This document shows positions 29,484 through 39,573 of a stretch of DNA of 64,000 nt, piece by piece. The notes under the pieces were generated by a model. That model saw nothing but the letters and a program-made list of their open reading frames with translations, made no database searches and had not been told where the DNA came from. The stretch's first letter is position 1. Each line of letters opens with the position of its first letter. The translations under genes were made by a program, and so were the position numbers. The DNA comes from Bacteroidota bacterium (GTDB lineage Bacteria > Bacteroidota > Bacteroidia > Flavobacteriales > Flavobacteriaceae), in assembly GCA_027620655.1 (NCBI GenBank), contig JAQCDS010000003.1, positions 10,449 to 74,448 of the forward strand, given 5' to 3'.

Positions 29484-31885
29484 TAGTTCTGGTAAGTTAT
29501 AGCAAAAATCAAATTTGTTCCTGGCCCACTTATCCCAGATGCAAAAGGCCGATACCCTTTGTTTGTAATGTTTTCGATGGCTCCAACAAATGAAACTGTT
29601 TTACTAAAATTATATTGTGATCTCAAATTAAACGTAAGCCATGCAGGAGCATAGGGGTTTACGTTTTCATCTAAAGCAAATAAATGTTTTGATAATTCAT
29701 GAGAAATATCTTCATAAGATAATCCAGCATTGTAATTTATATAGCCATCCAAAGTTGTCTTGTTGTGCTTCCAAATAACATGCATATTCCCAAAAGCAGG
29801 AGCGACATGGCGCATTGGTGAATCTATATTTTGTGCATTTTTTTGTCGTCCATTAGAAACACTATATTGAGAAGTGATTTCCAAAGCTTTTGATAGACGA
29901 GCACGAAGTCCTGCTTCAAATCCTGTAACCCAAGCTTCTGAGGTGTTTTGAATAGCTTGAACTTCACTAAGTTCTCCATCATATTCAATTTCTGAAACCC
30001 CATTAATGCTAAAATTATTTCTTACCATAGCATTATCTAAATAAGTATAATAGGTGGAAAAATCAAGCAATACAGAATCGTCTATATTAATTGTTAGCCC
30101 TAACTCCCCCCCATAGGCATGTTCAGGGCTCAAATGAGGATTTGGTGCAACAACCAACCCTGGTTGTGAATCAAAAACCTTTCCGATGTCATCTATATTT
30201 GGTGCTCTAAAAGCAGTGGTTGCATTTAATTTCCACAAAAATGTCTTGCTCTGTTCCCATGTTAGCCCTGCTGTACCAGTAAGTGCGCTTGTATTAAGAC
30301 TTGTGTCATAAAATGGCAATTCATAAAATTGAGCATTAGATGATAGATCTGTTTTAATTAATATAGAATTGTAACGAATACCTGACTGTAGGGTTAACTT
30401 CTCAATTGGTTTGTATTTAAAACTTAAATATGCTGCTAAACTAGACCATTCTGATCCGTCAGGATAGCGTGGTGCAATGCTTTCAATAGTATTGTTATCA
30501 ATATTTATTGATGCAGCTTCAGAGCCCACTTTATTATAGATATATTCTGCACCATAAGATAGGTTTGTTTTGTCAGTAAGTGATTTATCAAAATCAAGAT
30601 TTAAGGACAGGGCTCTAACTTTTTCGGCTCTACTTTTTCTACTAACAGATTCAAATTTTCGGCTAATTCGGCTTTCGCCAAAATATTGATAAGCCAAGGT
30701 CGTTTTAATTTTATCATAAAAATTTGATCTACTACTTAACTTTGTTACTTGAAAATTGGCCAACAACCATTGTTGTGGACCATAATCCCATTCTGCATAT
30801 TTCAATGAGTTATCAGAATTTTGAATAACTAATCTGTCATACCTCGGAATATTTGAGGTTGTTGTGTAATGTAATCCAAAATCGAAAGTTAATGTTTCTG
30901 AAGGCTTAAAAACTGCTTTTTGTGCTAAATGAAGCTGACTAAATCCAGTGTATTTTTGTGTTCTAGGATTATGATTGGGCATCAAAATATCTTGATTATT
31001 TCTTTGAGTAACATAAAATGGTGTTAGATATTCTTTTATATCTGTTTTCCCCATTTTTAAATCATCAAAATCTGAAAAACTGATATTCGTGTGAAACCCC
31101 CATTTTTTGAGTCCTAAATTTAACCCCAATTGAACTGTCCTTTCGGCATTGGCTGTAGAATATCTTAGGTTACTTTTTGTAGATACATCTGGCATATCAC
31201 CCTTTGAAAACTCAGGTGTTGTTGTATAAAAATTCATAACGCCCCCTATTGCATCACTTCCATAAATAACAGACCCCGCTCCCAAAATAACTTCTGTATT
31301 TTGGACATTAAAAGGGTTAATGGAAATTACATTTTGGATATTACCACCTCTAAAAATAGCATTATTGAGTCGAACACCATCGACAGTTATAAGCACTCGA
31401 TTTGTAGAAAATCCTCGAATCATTGGACTTCCTCCGCCCAATTGACTCTTTTGTACAAATACACGTCCACTATTGGCTAATAGATCCGCAGCAGTTTGTG
31501 GGCTTGAGCGTTGGATGTCTTGAGAATTGATACTAATGATTTTTTGGGGAACTTCTTTTCTAGTTTGTTCAAACTTAGAGGCAGAAATGACAATTTCATT
31601 TAAGTCTGTAGATTTTGGCGATAAAAAAATAGTGTCGCTTACTTTTGATTTTAGCATTGATTCTTTGTGATATGATATGTGCTGAAAGTAAACTCTTTCA
31701 AAACTTTGAAAACGTACTAAAGATGCCTTGCCGTCAAAATCTGAAATATCTGTTTTGGTTTTAAATAAATTAAAAACCGCAACTCCTGCTATAGGTTCTG
31801 AATTTGTTTCATCAACTACAACTATTTGTTGTGCAGACGAGTTCCACAAATAAAAAAACAAAAAACAAATAAAAAGTGGTTTCAT
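29483..31885 (-). CDS. TonB-dependent receptor with N-terminal carboxypeptidase-regulatory-like domain
   Basis: Signal peptide, CarbopepD_reg-like start (IVVVDETNSEPIAGVAVF), plug (SPMIRGFSTNRVLITVDGVRLNN), and a large barrel. Confidence 0.85.
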   Translation of the reverse strand: MKPLFICFLFFYLWNSSAQQIVVVDETNSEPIAGVAVFNLFKTKTDISDFDGKASLVRFQSFERVYFQHISYHKESMLKSKVSDTIFLSPKSTDLNEIVISASKFEQTRKEVPQKIISINSQDIQRSSPQTAADLLANSGRVFVQKSQLGGGSPMIRGFSTNRVLITVDGVRLNNAIFRGGNIQNVISINPFNVQNTEVILGAGSVIYGSDAIGGVMNFYTTTPEFSKGDMPDVSTKSNLRYSTANAERTVQLGLNLGLKKWGFHTNISFSDFDDLKMGKTDIKEYLTPFYVTQRNNQDILMPNHNPRTQKYTGFSQLHLAQKAVFKPSETLTFDFGLHYTTTSNIPRYDRLVIQNSDNSLKYAEWDYGPQQWLLANFQVTKLSSRSNFYDKIKTTLAYQYFGESRISRKFESVSRKSRAEKVRALSLNLDFDKSLTDKTNLSYGAEYIYNKVGSEAASINIDNNTIESIAPRYPDGSEWSSLAAYLSFKYKPIEKLTLQSGIRYNSILIKTDLSSNAQFYELPFYDTSLNTSALTGTAGLTWEQSKTFLWKLNATTAFRAPNIDDIGKVFDSQPGLVVAPNPHLSPEHAYGGELGLTINIDDSVLLDFSTYYTYLDNAMVRNNFSINGVSEIEYDGELSEVQAIQNTSEAWVTGFEAGLRARLSKALEITSQYSVSNGRQKNAQNIDSPMRHVAPAFGNMHVIWKHNKTTLDGYINYNAGLSYEDISHELSKHLFALDENVNPYAPAWLTFNLRSQYNFSKTVSFVGAIENITNKGYRPFASGISGPGTNLIFAITYQN

Positions 31886-31886
31886 T

Positions 31887-32606
31887 TTAATTAAATACCT
31901 GATTCAGAATAGCAAGGGATTTTGGAGATTTGAAGCCTTGCAAATGTAATTTAAAATACAGTAATATCATATTTAGCAGCTCTTGCTTTTCTGAAGAACT
32001 TGTTAATTTTTCATTATCTATATCAAATTTCGTACCTAATATTGAATTAAATAAAATTAGTTGCTCTCCAAAAATACAATGCTGCCCAGTAGCTTTGTTT
32101 TGATATTTCCCTTCTTCTAAGTTGAAGTACTGCATATTCATATCTGTAACTTCTGGCGAAAATCCAATATATTTTGTTAGTCCCATAAGAAACTTATAAT
32201 GAAACATGCTGCTTTTTTCTACAGTGTCAAACCATAAAAGTGTGGTTTCAATATATGTAAAAAGGGCGGAGTTAGATTCTTCTTCCTTTAAAATTGTATT
32301 TAATATTTCAGCTAAAAAAATAACAACTGTGGATTTTAAAATTTGAGTATGAAGCGATTTATAAGAATGTAAAATTCGAATAGTTTTAAAATAATGTAAG
32401 TCTTTATTGCTTTTATAGTCTACTTCAATTTGAAGCATCGAAAGAGGTTGAAAATATGCGGGTTTAAATTTTCCTTTTTTGGATGAAAACGCACCTTTTA
32501 CCAAAAAACTCATCAAACCATTTGATGCTGTATAACATTTTACAATAAGGTCGTTGTCCTTAAATTTTATTTTGGATAACACTATTGCTTTTGTAGGAAC
32601 AATCAT
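31887..32606 (-). CDS. recO: DNA repair protein RecO
   Basis: N-terminal OB-fold (TKAIVLSKIKFKDNDLIVKCYT). 239 aa. Confidence 0.8.
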   Translation of the reverse strand: MIVPTKAIVLSKIKFKDNDLIVKCYTASNGLMSFLVKGAFSSKKGKFKPAYFQPLSMLQIEVDYKSNKDLHYFKTIRILHSYKSLHTQILKSTVVIFLAEILNTILKEEESNSALFTYIETTLLWFDTVEKSSMFHYKFLMGLTKYIGFSPEVTDMNMQYFNLEEGKYQNKATGQHCIFGEQLILFNSILGTKFDIDNEKLTSSSEKQELLNMILLYFKLHLQGFKSPKSLAILNQVFN

Positions 32607-34966
32607 TGGCGAATAAGCATAATTTTTAAAACTTTTGTTTCTAAATTATCTAGGTCAGAAATCATCACAACATAGACTCCAGAGGCTACTGTTTTATTGG
32701 CTAAATTTTTACCATTCCAATAAGCTGTTCCGCCATCAATTTCTAAATTATTGCCATTGAATCTCAAATTGGTATTGGACTCTGCCTCTGCAACCAAATT
32801 TCCCTCAACATCCGTAATTTTAATATTTACATTTTCGCTAAGATTTTGAATCTTTACTTTATCTAATTCCAAATTAAAACCAGGACGAACAGGATTTGGA
32901 TAAACAAATGTATCTTCTAAAGAGTTGGACGGGCTAGACCCCCCTGCCTTAAAAGACACTAATCCTCTTGTAGTGCCAAAATAAATGGTCCCATTATCTT
33001 TATTTTGGGCCATAGTATTTACGTTGTTTGAAGGTAAAGGGGAATTGTCTTTTGTAAAATGGTATATGGTTTTTTGACCATCGGAACTCAAATAAAAAAC
33101 ACCAGCATCTGCTGTAGAAATCCATTTATTATTTGAGCCATCTACAATGATATCTGTTATAAATTGAAGCTCCAAAAGTTCTTTTGGCAATCCATCTTCA
33201 AGAATAACGATAGGTTCTGTTTGAATGGTTTCTTCTGTAAAAAAATTGGAAGTATTGTATAAAATTCTTAGTCCTTTAAGAGTCCCAATCCACAATACAT
33301 TGTTTTTGTCCAATGCAAGCGCTCTGATATAATTTGAAGGAAGGTTTGCGGGGTCTTCTCCAACAATCTGTTTAATTAAATTACCTGTTTCATTAAAGCC
33401 AATAACACCATTATTAGCAGTTGTAACCCATTTAGTACCATCTGGGCCAATGGTAAATTCCTCAAAACCAATTTCATCATTGATTGGATCATTAATAATT
33501 GCACTAAAACTATACGATTGCCATTGATTAGTTGCAGGATTAAATCTTTTTAGAGGTTCTTCTAGCAAACTTGTTAGTGTCCATAAATATCCTTGATTGT
33601 CAAATTCAGTGTCAGATACTCTAATGCTTTTATAATTTGGAGCTCCTGCGAGTACTAAAGATTGTAAGCCACTATTGGTTTCATCTAAAAGTTCTATGGA
33701 ATAGTTTTTTTGGAAATTTAATAGCCCATGATGAAAAGAGCTTATAAAAACTTCATTTGAGTTTAAAGGGTTAATTTCAATGTCATTGAGATTAAAAACT
33801 GGCTTTTGAATCGTCTGTTGAATACTATCATAGGAAATACTTGTCCATATTTCATTTTCATAATAACTAAATCCTAACTTTTTGAATGGGCTAGGGTTAA
33901 AATATACATCATAATCCCCAAAAGTAACCCACAGATGCCCATAACCATATTTTAATGAAAAAGGTGTGTTTTGTAATGGCCCATCTGGGTAAACTGCCAA
34001 AAAATCATTGGGGAATGATACTGAATTTTTCAAAAGCCCCTCATTTTCTGTTCCAATAAATATTATATTTGTCTTAAACAATCCTGATGTTAGAGGTGTA
34101 TTAAACTCTTCAGGTAAAGTATAGTTTTCTAGTAGGGTAAGATTTGTATCATAGCGCTGTACATCAACTGTCGTAACCACCAAAAGATTTTCAGCATTGT
34201 TTTTAAGTTCCAAAACATCGTTAGAAAAATTCAGTACAAGTGTTAACGTAGTTCCAATAATTTGATGCAATGTATTATCGGATTTTAAAGTGTATATTAC
34301 ACCCTGAACTCTATTTAAAGCAATAAAATTTCCTGGGAATAATGTGTTCCATGTTTGAAAATCTATCAGGTTTGAACTATTAATGTCTGCAGCCTTTAAT
34401 CCTGTATTTGTTGCTGCATAAATAAGATTACCATTAATGAAGGTTTGATTTATTTGAATTTGAGAACCATTTGCTCCAATGTAGTAAGTGTCTCCAAACT
34501 CTAAGGCTTCCAAGTCATAAACTGATATTCCATAATTTGTAGAAATATATACACTAGTCTCGTCTTCAAAAAAGTGGTTAATTTGTTTGTTTTCAGGTGG
34601 AATACTTGTTTTGTTCAATATATCAACAACTTTTAGAACTGTTTTTGTAGTGAGGCTATAAATCTCCATAAGTCCTGATTGATAACCAATTATAAGTAAA
34701 TCATAGTCAATACTATAATGCATGGTTGAAATATATTCTCCAGAAAGACCATTAATTGTTGTAATTGTTTCTCGCTCTTCTGTTATGGGGTCATAAGAAA
34801 AAATAGCGTTTTCACTTGCAGCATAAATTTTATCACCCCCATCAACAACTGCTTGGATTTTGGTATAAGAAAAGTAGCCTTCCCAAGCATCATTATCAGC
34901 TGTTTGGCCAAATAAACCTTTTACGAAAAAAAGAAGTATTAAGTGTATGTATAATTGCTGGTTCAA
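32603..34966 (-). CDS. porZ: Beta-propeller-repeat protein with T9SS C-terminal sorting domain (PorZ-like)
   Basis: 787 aa with signal peptide, repeated propeller-blade-like segments, and a C-terminal roughly 80-aa T9SS CTD (...VYPNPVRPG...GVYVVMISD...KIMLIRQ). Size and architecture match PorZ. Confidence 0.5.
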   Translation of the reverse strand: MNQQLYIHLILLFFVKGLFGQTADNDAWEGYFSYTKIQAVVDGGDKIYAASENAIFSYDPITEERETITTINGLSGEYISTMHYSIDYDLLIIGYQSGLMEIYSLTTKTVLKVVDILNKTSIPPENKQINHFFEDETSVYISTNYGISVYDLEALEFGDTYYIGANGSQIQINQTFINGNLIYAATNTGLKAADINSSNLIDFQTWNTLFPGNFIALNRVQGVIYTLKSDNTLHQIIGTTLTLVLNFSNDVLELKNNAENLLVVTTVDVQRYDTNLTLLENYTLPEEFNTPLTSGLFKTNIIFIGTENEGLLKNSVSFPNDFLAVYPDGPLQNTPFSLKYGYGHLWVTFGDYDVYFNPSPFKKLGFSYYENEIWTSISYDSIQQTIQKPVFNLNDIEINPLNSNEVFISSFHHGLLNFQKNYSIELLDETNSGLQSLVLAGAPNYKSIRVSDTEFDNQGYLWTLTSLLEEPLKRFNPATNQWQSYSFSAIINDPINDEIGFEEFTIGPDGTKWVTTANNGVIGFNETGNLIKQIVGEDPANLPSNYIRALALDKNNVLWIGTLKGLRILYNTSNFFTEETIQTEPIVILEDGLPKELLELQFITDIIVDGSNNKWISTADAGVFYLSSDGQKTIYHFTKDNSPLPSNNVNTMAQNKDNGTIYFGTTRGLVSFKAGGSSPSNSLEDTFVYPNPVRPGFNLELDKVKIQNLSENVNIKITDVEGNLVAEAESNTNLRFNGNNLEIDGGTAYWNGKNLANKTVASGVYVVMISDLDNLETKVLKIMLIRQ

Positions 34967-35026
34967 AAATTAAATTTTATCAAATATATTTATATCAAAC
35001 GACAAATCAGTTGATTATTATATTTA

Positions 35027-35059
35027 AACAAAAAAGCTTCTACGTTGTAGAAGCTTTTT
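35027..35059 (-). terminator. Rho-independent terminator of gdhA
   Basis: 10-bp stem aagcttctac/gtagaagctt (35033-35042 / 35046-35055), flanked by an A6 run and a T5 run. Confidence 0.75.
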
Positions 35060-35079
35060 GCATTTTAGTTTATTAGAAA

Positions 35080-36426
35080 TTAGACCACACCTTGAGCGAG
35101 CATAGCGTCTGCAACTTTTACAAATCCTGCAATATTTGCACCCTTTACATAGTCTATATATCCTGTTTCTTCGTCTTTCCCAAATTCAATACACTTGTCG
35201 TGGATATTACTCATAATATCCTTGAGTTTATCGTCCACTTCTTTTCGAGTCCAATTATATCTAAGAGAGTTTTGGGTCATTTCCAAACCAGAAGTTGCAA
35301 CACCTCCAGCGTTAGAGGCTTTTCCTGGTGCAAATAAAATTTTGGCCTTCTGAAATGTTGCAACGGCATCTTTAGTAGAAGGCATATTAGCCCCTTCACT
35401 GACACAAATACAGCCATTTTTAAGTAATGCTTTAGCATCGGTTCCATTGAGTTCATTTTGAGTGGCACAAGGCAATGCTATGTCACAAGGTTCTCCCCAA
35501 GGGGTTTTATTGGCAACAAATTTTGCATTTGGATAAGCCTCAACATAGGCACTAATACGACCTCTCTTGTTGTTTTTTAAATCCATCACAAAAGCTAATT
35601 TATTTTTATCAATTCCATCATAATCAACAACATATCCAGAAGAATCTGATAATGTTATGACCTTGCCGCCAAGCTGAACAACTTTTTCTGCTGCAAATTG
35701 TGCAACATTTCCAGAACCAGAAATTGTTACTGTTTTACCTTTAATATCATCGCCTTTTGTTTGCAACATTTTTTGTGCAAAATAAACGGTTCCATAGCCT
35801 GTTGCTTCTGGTCGAATGAGAGAGCCACCCCATGTTAATCCTTTTCCTGTAAGAACACCAGTAAATTCATTTTTAAGTTTTTTATACATTCCAAACAAAA
35901 ATCCAATTTCTCTTCCACCAACTCCAATATCTCCTGCAGGAACGTCTGTATTTGGGCCTATATGGCGAAACAATTCACTCATAAAAGCATGACAGAAACG
36001 CATAATTTCGTTGTCACTTTTTCCTTTTGGATCAAAATCACTACCCCCTTTTCCTCCACCCATTGGAAGCGTTGTTAAACTATTTTTGAAAACTTGTTCA
36101 AAAGCTAAGAACTTTAAAATACTCATATTTACTGAGGGGTGAAATCGCAACCCCCCTTTGTATGGGCCAATGGCTGAATTCATTTGAATTCTATACCCTC
36201 TATTGACTTGAATTTCGCCATCGTCATCTACCCAGTTTACTCTAAAGGTAACTACACGTTCTGGTTCAACCATGCGAAGGAGTATATTTTTGCCATGATA
36301 AATATCGTGTTTAACAATATACGGAATAACTGTTTCGGCAACTTCCTCTACAGCTTGTAGAAACTCTGGCTCAAGACCATTTCTTTGTTTGACTAAGTCT
36401 AAAAATCCTTCAATTTTTTCTTTCAT
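35080..36426 (-). CDS. gdhA: NADP-specific glutamate dehydrogenase
   Basis: LPMGGGKGGSDFDPKG catalytic-Lys motif. GSGNVAQ Rossmann motif. Confidence 0.95.
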   Translation of the reverse strand: MKEKIEGFLDLVKQRNGLEPEFLQAVEEVAETVIPYIVKHDIYHGKNILLRMVEPERVVTFRVNWVDDDGEIQVNRGYRIQMNSAIGPYKGGLRFHPSVNMSILKFLAFEQVFKNSLTTLPMGGGKGGSDFDPKGKSDNEIMRFCHAFMSELFRHIGPNTDVPAGDIGVGGREIGFLFGMYKKLKNEFTGVLTGKGLTWGGSLIRPEATGYGTVYFAQKMLQTKGDDIKGKTVTISGSGNVAQFAAEKVVQLGGKVITLSDSSGYVVDYDGIDKNKLAFVMDLKNNKRGRISAYVEAYPNAKFVANKTPWGEPCDIALPCATQNELNGTDAKALLKNGCICVSEGANMPSTKDAVATFQKAKILFAPGKASNAGGVATSGLEMTQNSLRYNWTRKEVDDKLKDIMSNIHDKCIEFGKDEETGYIDYVKGANIAGFVKVADAMLAQGVV

Positions 36427-36466
36427 TTCATTTAATTTAGGAGCACTATAATTACTAATTGTTGTG

Positions 36467-36474
36467 CAAATATA
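36467..36474 (-). promoter_or_regulatory. Bacteroidetes -7 box for gdhA
   Basis: Minus strand TATATTTG, 41 nt upstream of the ATG at 36426. Confidence 0.45.
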
Positions 36475-36596
36475 TAATATCCTTAAAAATAAATAGATAT
36501 TTTTTTAAATTCGTAATAACTGACTATAAATTTACTTTAAAATTACGAATATCTCAATAAAAAGATAAGCATTAAAAAAGGTAATAACAGTGTTTT

Positions 36597-37739
36597 CTAA
36601 CGGTTTAGCGCTTGCTTTAAATCCTCAATAAGATCATGCTGATCTTCAATACCAACACTTAATCGAATTAAAGAATCAACAACTCCTGTTTTTTCGCGCT
36701 CTTCTTTTGGAATACTTGCGTGTGTCATACTTGCGGGATGACCTGCTAAAGATTCTACACCACCGAGTGACTCTGCAAGCGTAAAAATCTTTAGGCGTTC
36801 TACAACTTTTATAGCTTCTTCATAGTTATTGCCTTTTGTTGTAAAGGATAACATTCCCCCAAAATCATTCATTTGTTCCACTGCAATGTCATGGTTTGGA
36901 TGTGATTCTAAACCTGGCCAATAGACGGTTTCTACTTTTGGATGGGTTGCCAAGAATTCGGCAACCGCTTTACCATTTTCACAATGTCTTTGCATCCTTA
37001 TATGCAATGTTTTTATACCTCTTAAAACCAAGAAACTATCTTGTGGACCACAAACTGCACCACTCGCATTTTGAATAAAATAAAGTTGCTCTGCAAGTGC
37101 TTTATCTTTGACAACCAATGCTCCCATTACAACATCGCTATGTCCGCCAAGATATTTGGTAGCGGAGTGCATCACAATATCAGCGCCTAAATCTAAAGGC
37201 TGCTGTAGATATGGTGTTGCAAACGTATTGTCCACTGCTAATAAGATTTTATGTTGCTGTGCTACATTTGCCACTGCCTTTATATCAATGATATTGAGCA
37301 TAGGGTTGGTGGGAGTTTCAACCCAAATAAGCTTAGTTTTTGCGTTGATATGATGCTCAATTTGTTTTACATTTTCCATCCCAACAAAATGAAATTTAAT
37401 TTGAAATTTCTCAAAAACCTTAGTGAATAAACGGTAGGTTCCACCATACAAATCATTTGTTGAAATGACCTCATCTCCGGGTTGTAATAATTTTATAATC
37501 GCATCTATGGCGGCCAACCCCGAGCCAAAAGCTAAACCAAAATTGCCGTTTTCTATACTTGCAAATGATTGTTCTAGCGCATGTCGAGTTGGGTTATGTG
37601 TTCGAGAGTATTCATATCCTTTATGCCCGCCTGGTGTAGTTTGTGCATAGGTTGAAGTTTGATAAATAGGAGGCATTACAGATCCATACGCCTTATCTGG
37701 AGATTGTCCTCCATGAATTGTTTTGGTGTTAAATTTCAT
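36597..37739 (-). CDS. Cys/Met-metabolism PLP enzyme (cystathionine gamma-synthase/beta-lyase family)
   Basis: HSATKYLGGHSD PLP-lysine motif and N-terminus TKTIHGG. Confidence 0.85.
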   Translation of the reverse strand: MKFNTKTIHGGQSPDKAYGSVMPPIYQTSTYAQTTPGGHKGYEYSRTHNPTRHALEQSFASIENGNFGLAFGSGLAAIDAIIKLLQPGDEVISTNDLYGGTYRLFTKVFEKFQIKFHFVGMENVKQIEHHINAKTKLIWVETPTNPMLNIIDIKAVANVAQQHKILLAVDNTFATPYLQQPLDLGADIVMHSATKYLGGHSDVVMGALVVKDKALAEQLYFIQNASGAVCGPQDSFLVLRGIKTLHIRMQRHCENGKAVAEFLATHPKVETVYWPGLESHPNHDIAVEQMNDFGGMLSFTTKGNNYEEAIKVVERLKIFTLAESLGGVESLAGHPASMTHASIPKEEREKTGVVDSLIRLSVGIEDQHDLIEDLKQALNR

Positions 37740-37754
37740 TTTTTACTGCTATAA

Positions 37755-38219
37755 TTACTGTGAAATGATTGTGTTTTTCATGGCTAAAATGTAGCCTAGA
37801 TGGATTCCTTCATGAAAATTATTAAACTCTAAAGCTTCTTCAACATTTGTAAGTGTACTTTTGGTAGAAACTGTATAAGTTGTATAGTTGGTAAAAATCC
37901 CTGCTGCATAATCTCTCTGGGTTTGCTCAATAGTTGAGGTTAAGAGACCTTTTAAAAGATCAACATCTTTTTGTGATGCATCTTCTTCTGTTTTAGTACC
38001 TTTTCTAAAGGCCTCAATAAGTTGAGAATCTATAAGCATTGGTAGGCCCGATAAACCATAAACCAGTAGTTGTTGAGTAACAACAACATGCATAATGTTC
38101 CAATATATAGAATTTCGATAACCCTTGGGCACTGTATTGAGTTGTTCTAAAGAAAATTGTTCTAGAAATTTATACAGTATTGCTCTGGTTTTTAGGGTAA
38201 TATCAAAACTCCAATTCAT
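37755..38219 (-). CDS. DinB-family (four-helix bundle) protein
   Basis: 154 aa. His-containing helices (WNIMHVVVTQQ, FHEGIHLGYI) are typical of DinB_2. Confidence 0.6.
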   Translation of the reverse strand: MNWSFDITLKTRAILYKFLEQFSLEQLNTVPKGYRNSIYWNIMHVVVTQQLLVYGLSGLPMLIDSQLIEAFRKGTKTEEDASQKDVDLLKGLLTSTIEQTQRDYAAGIFTNYTTYTVSTKSTLTNVEEALEFNNFHEGIHLGYILAMKNTIISQ

Positions 38220-38287
38220 AATTAAATCAAATATTTAAAAAGTTAATATAGAAATGATTTTCTTTGTAAAAGTAATGAAACAATTGC

Positions 38288-38647
38288 ATGAAAAAAATCT
38301 ATTCTCTTAAAAGTTGTAATACCTGTCAACGCATACTAAAAACATTGGAAATTCCTAAAGGATATATAATTCAAAATATAAAAGAATCACCTATATCAAA
38401 CACCGATTTAGAACATCTAAAAACACTATCGGAAAGCTATGAGGCCTTGTTTAGTAAGCGTGCTAAACTGTATAAAGAAATGGGGCTAAAAAACAAAGTT
38501 CTGAAGGAACATGATTTTAAGCAATTGATTCTAAAACATTACACCTTTTTAAAACGACCGATAATAGTTGTTGAAAATCAAATTTTTATTGGCAATAGTG
38601 TAAAAACTATTGAAGCAGCAAAATTGGCTCTAAAAAATGAACAATAG
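38288..38647 (+). CDS. ArsC/Spx-family protein (YffB-like)
   Basis: N-terminal KSCNTCQR motif and LKRPIIV segment. 119 aa. Confidence 0.7.
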   Translation: MKKIYSLKSCNTCQRILKTLEIPKGYIIQNIKESPISNTDLEHLKTLSESYEALFSKRAKLYKEMGLKNKVLKEHDFKQLILKHYTFLKRPIIVVENQIFIGNSVKTIEAAKLALKNEQ

Positions 38648-39573
38648 AACCGCAGCGCTTATCGCCTTAGTATTGGTTCAACTCTTTTATGGTGTAACCT
38701 ATACGTTTGCCAACGATGTAATTGTTGGTGGCTATATAATGCCTTTTGGATTTATCGTTCTTCGTGTTGTCTGCGCAACATTTCTTTTTTGGGGGTTTAG
38801 CTTAGTGGTGCCAAGTAAAAAAATTGACCGAAAAGATTTTCCTAAACTCATCGCTGCCGCCTTTTTTGGTGTTGCCCTAAACATGCTTGCATTTTTTAAA
38901 GGACTTCAATACACCACTCCTATTGATGGCTCAGTTATCATGACTAGTGTGCCAATTATTGTACTTATTTTGTCTGCAATAATACTCAAAGAGCAGATTA
39001 CAAAACTTAAAATTGTGGGTATTGGCCTTGGTTTGTTAGGTGCTTTAGTTCTGATTTTATATGGTCAAAACTCTGAAAATAGGGAGAATATTATGTTGGG
39101 TAATATTTTAGTACTTGTCAATGCTGCATCATACAGTTACTACTTAATTTTAATAAAAAAATTAACTGCAAAATACCACCCATATGATTTTATAAAATGG
39201 TTATTCTTGTTTGGATCCATTATGGTATTGCCATTTGGTTATGCAGAACTTAGTGCTGTAAACTGGCAAGGTTTCCCGTCCTACATTTGGTTTTCTGTGG
39301 GGTTTGTGATTGTGTTTGCAACCTTTGGAACATACCTTCTTAATCCTTTGGCGCTGAAAAAATTTAAAGGCCACAACAGTCAGTACATTCTTATATTTCC
39401 AACCTATTTTTGCAGGAATTTTTGCCATCGCCATGGGTAGCGACCAATTTGACCTCATCAAAGGCTTAGCAGCACTATTAATTTTTATTGGTGTATATTT
39501 GGTTTCTAAAATTAACCTTTTTGACAACCATAACTCATTCATCAATAGAATGTTTGGAGGATGGCTTTATTAA
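38637..39573 (+). pseudogene. EamA/DMT-family transporter, frame broken by one extra A in the A6 run 39357-39362
   Basis: The track ORF ends in nonsense (..KKFKGHNSQYILIFPTYFCRNFCHRHG). The +1 frame from 39370 reads ATTVSTFLYFQPIFAGIFAIAMGSDQFDLIKGLAALLIFIGVYLVSK... to the TAA at 39571-39573, a normal second EamA-domain end. Confidence 0.75.

Noticed and set aside
39201-39545. Minus-strand 114-aa ORF across the EamA frameshift site
   Set aside because: The plus strand encodes recognisable EamA helices in two frames here. The minus ORF has no features of its own.
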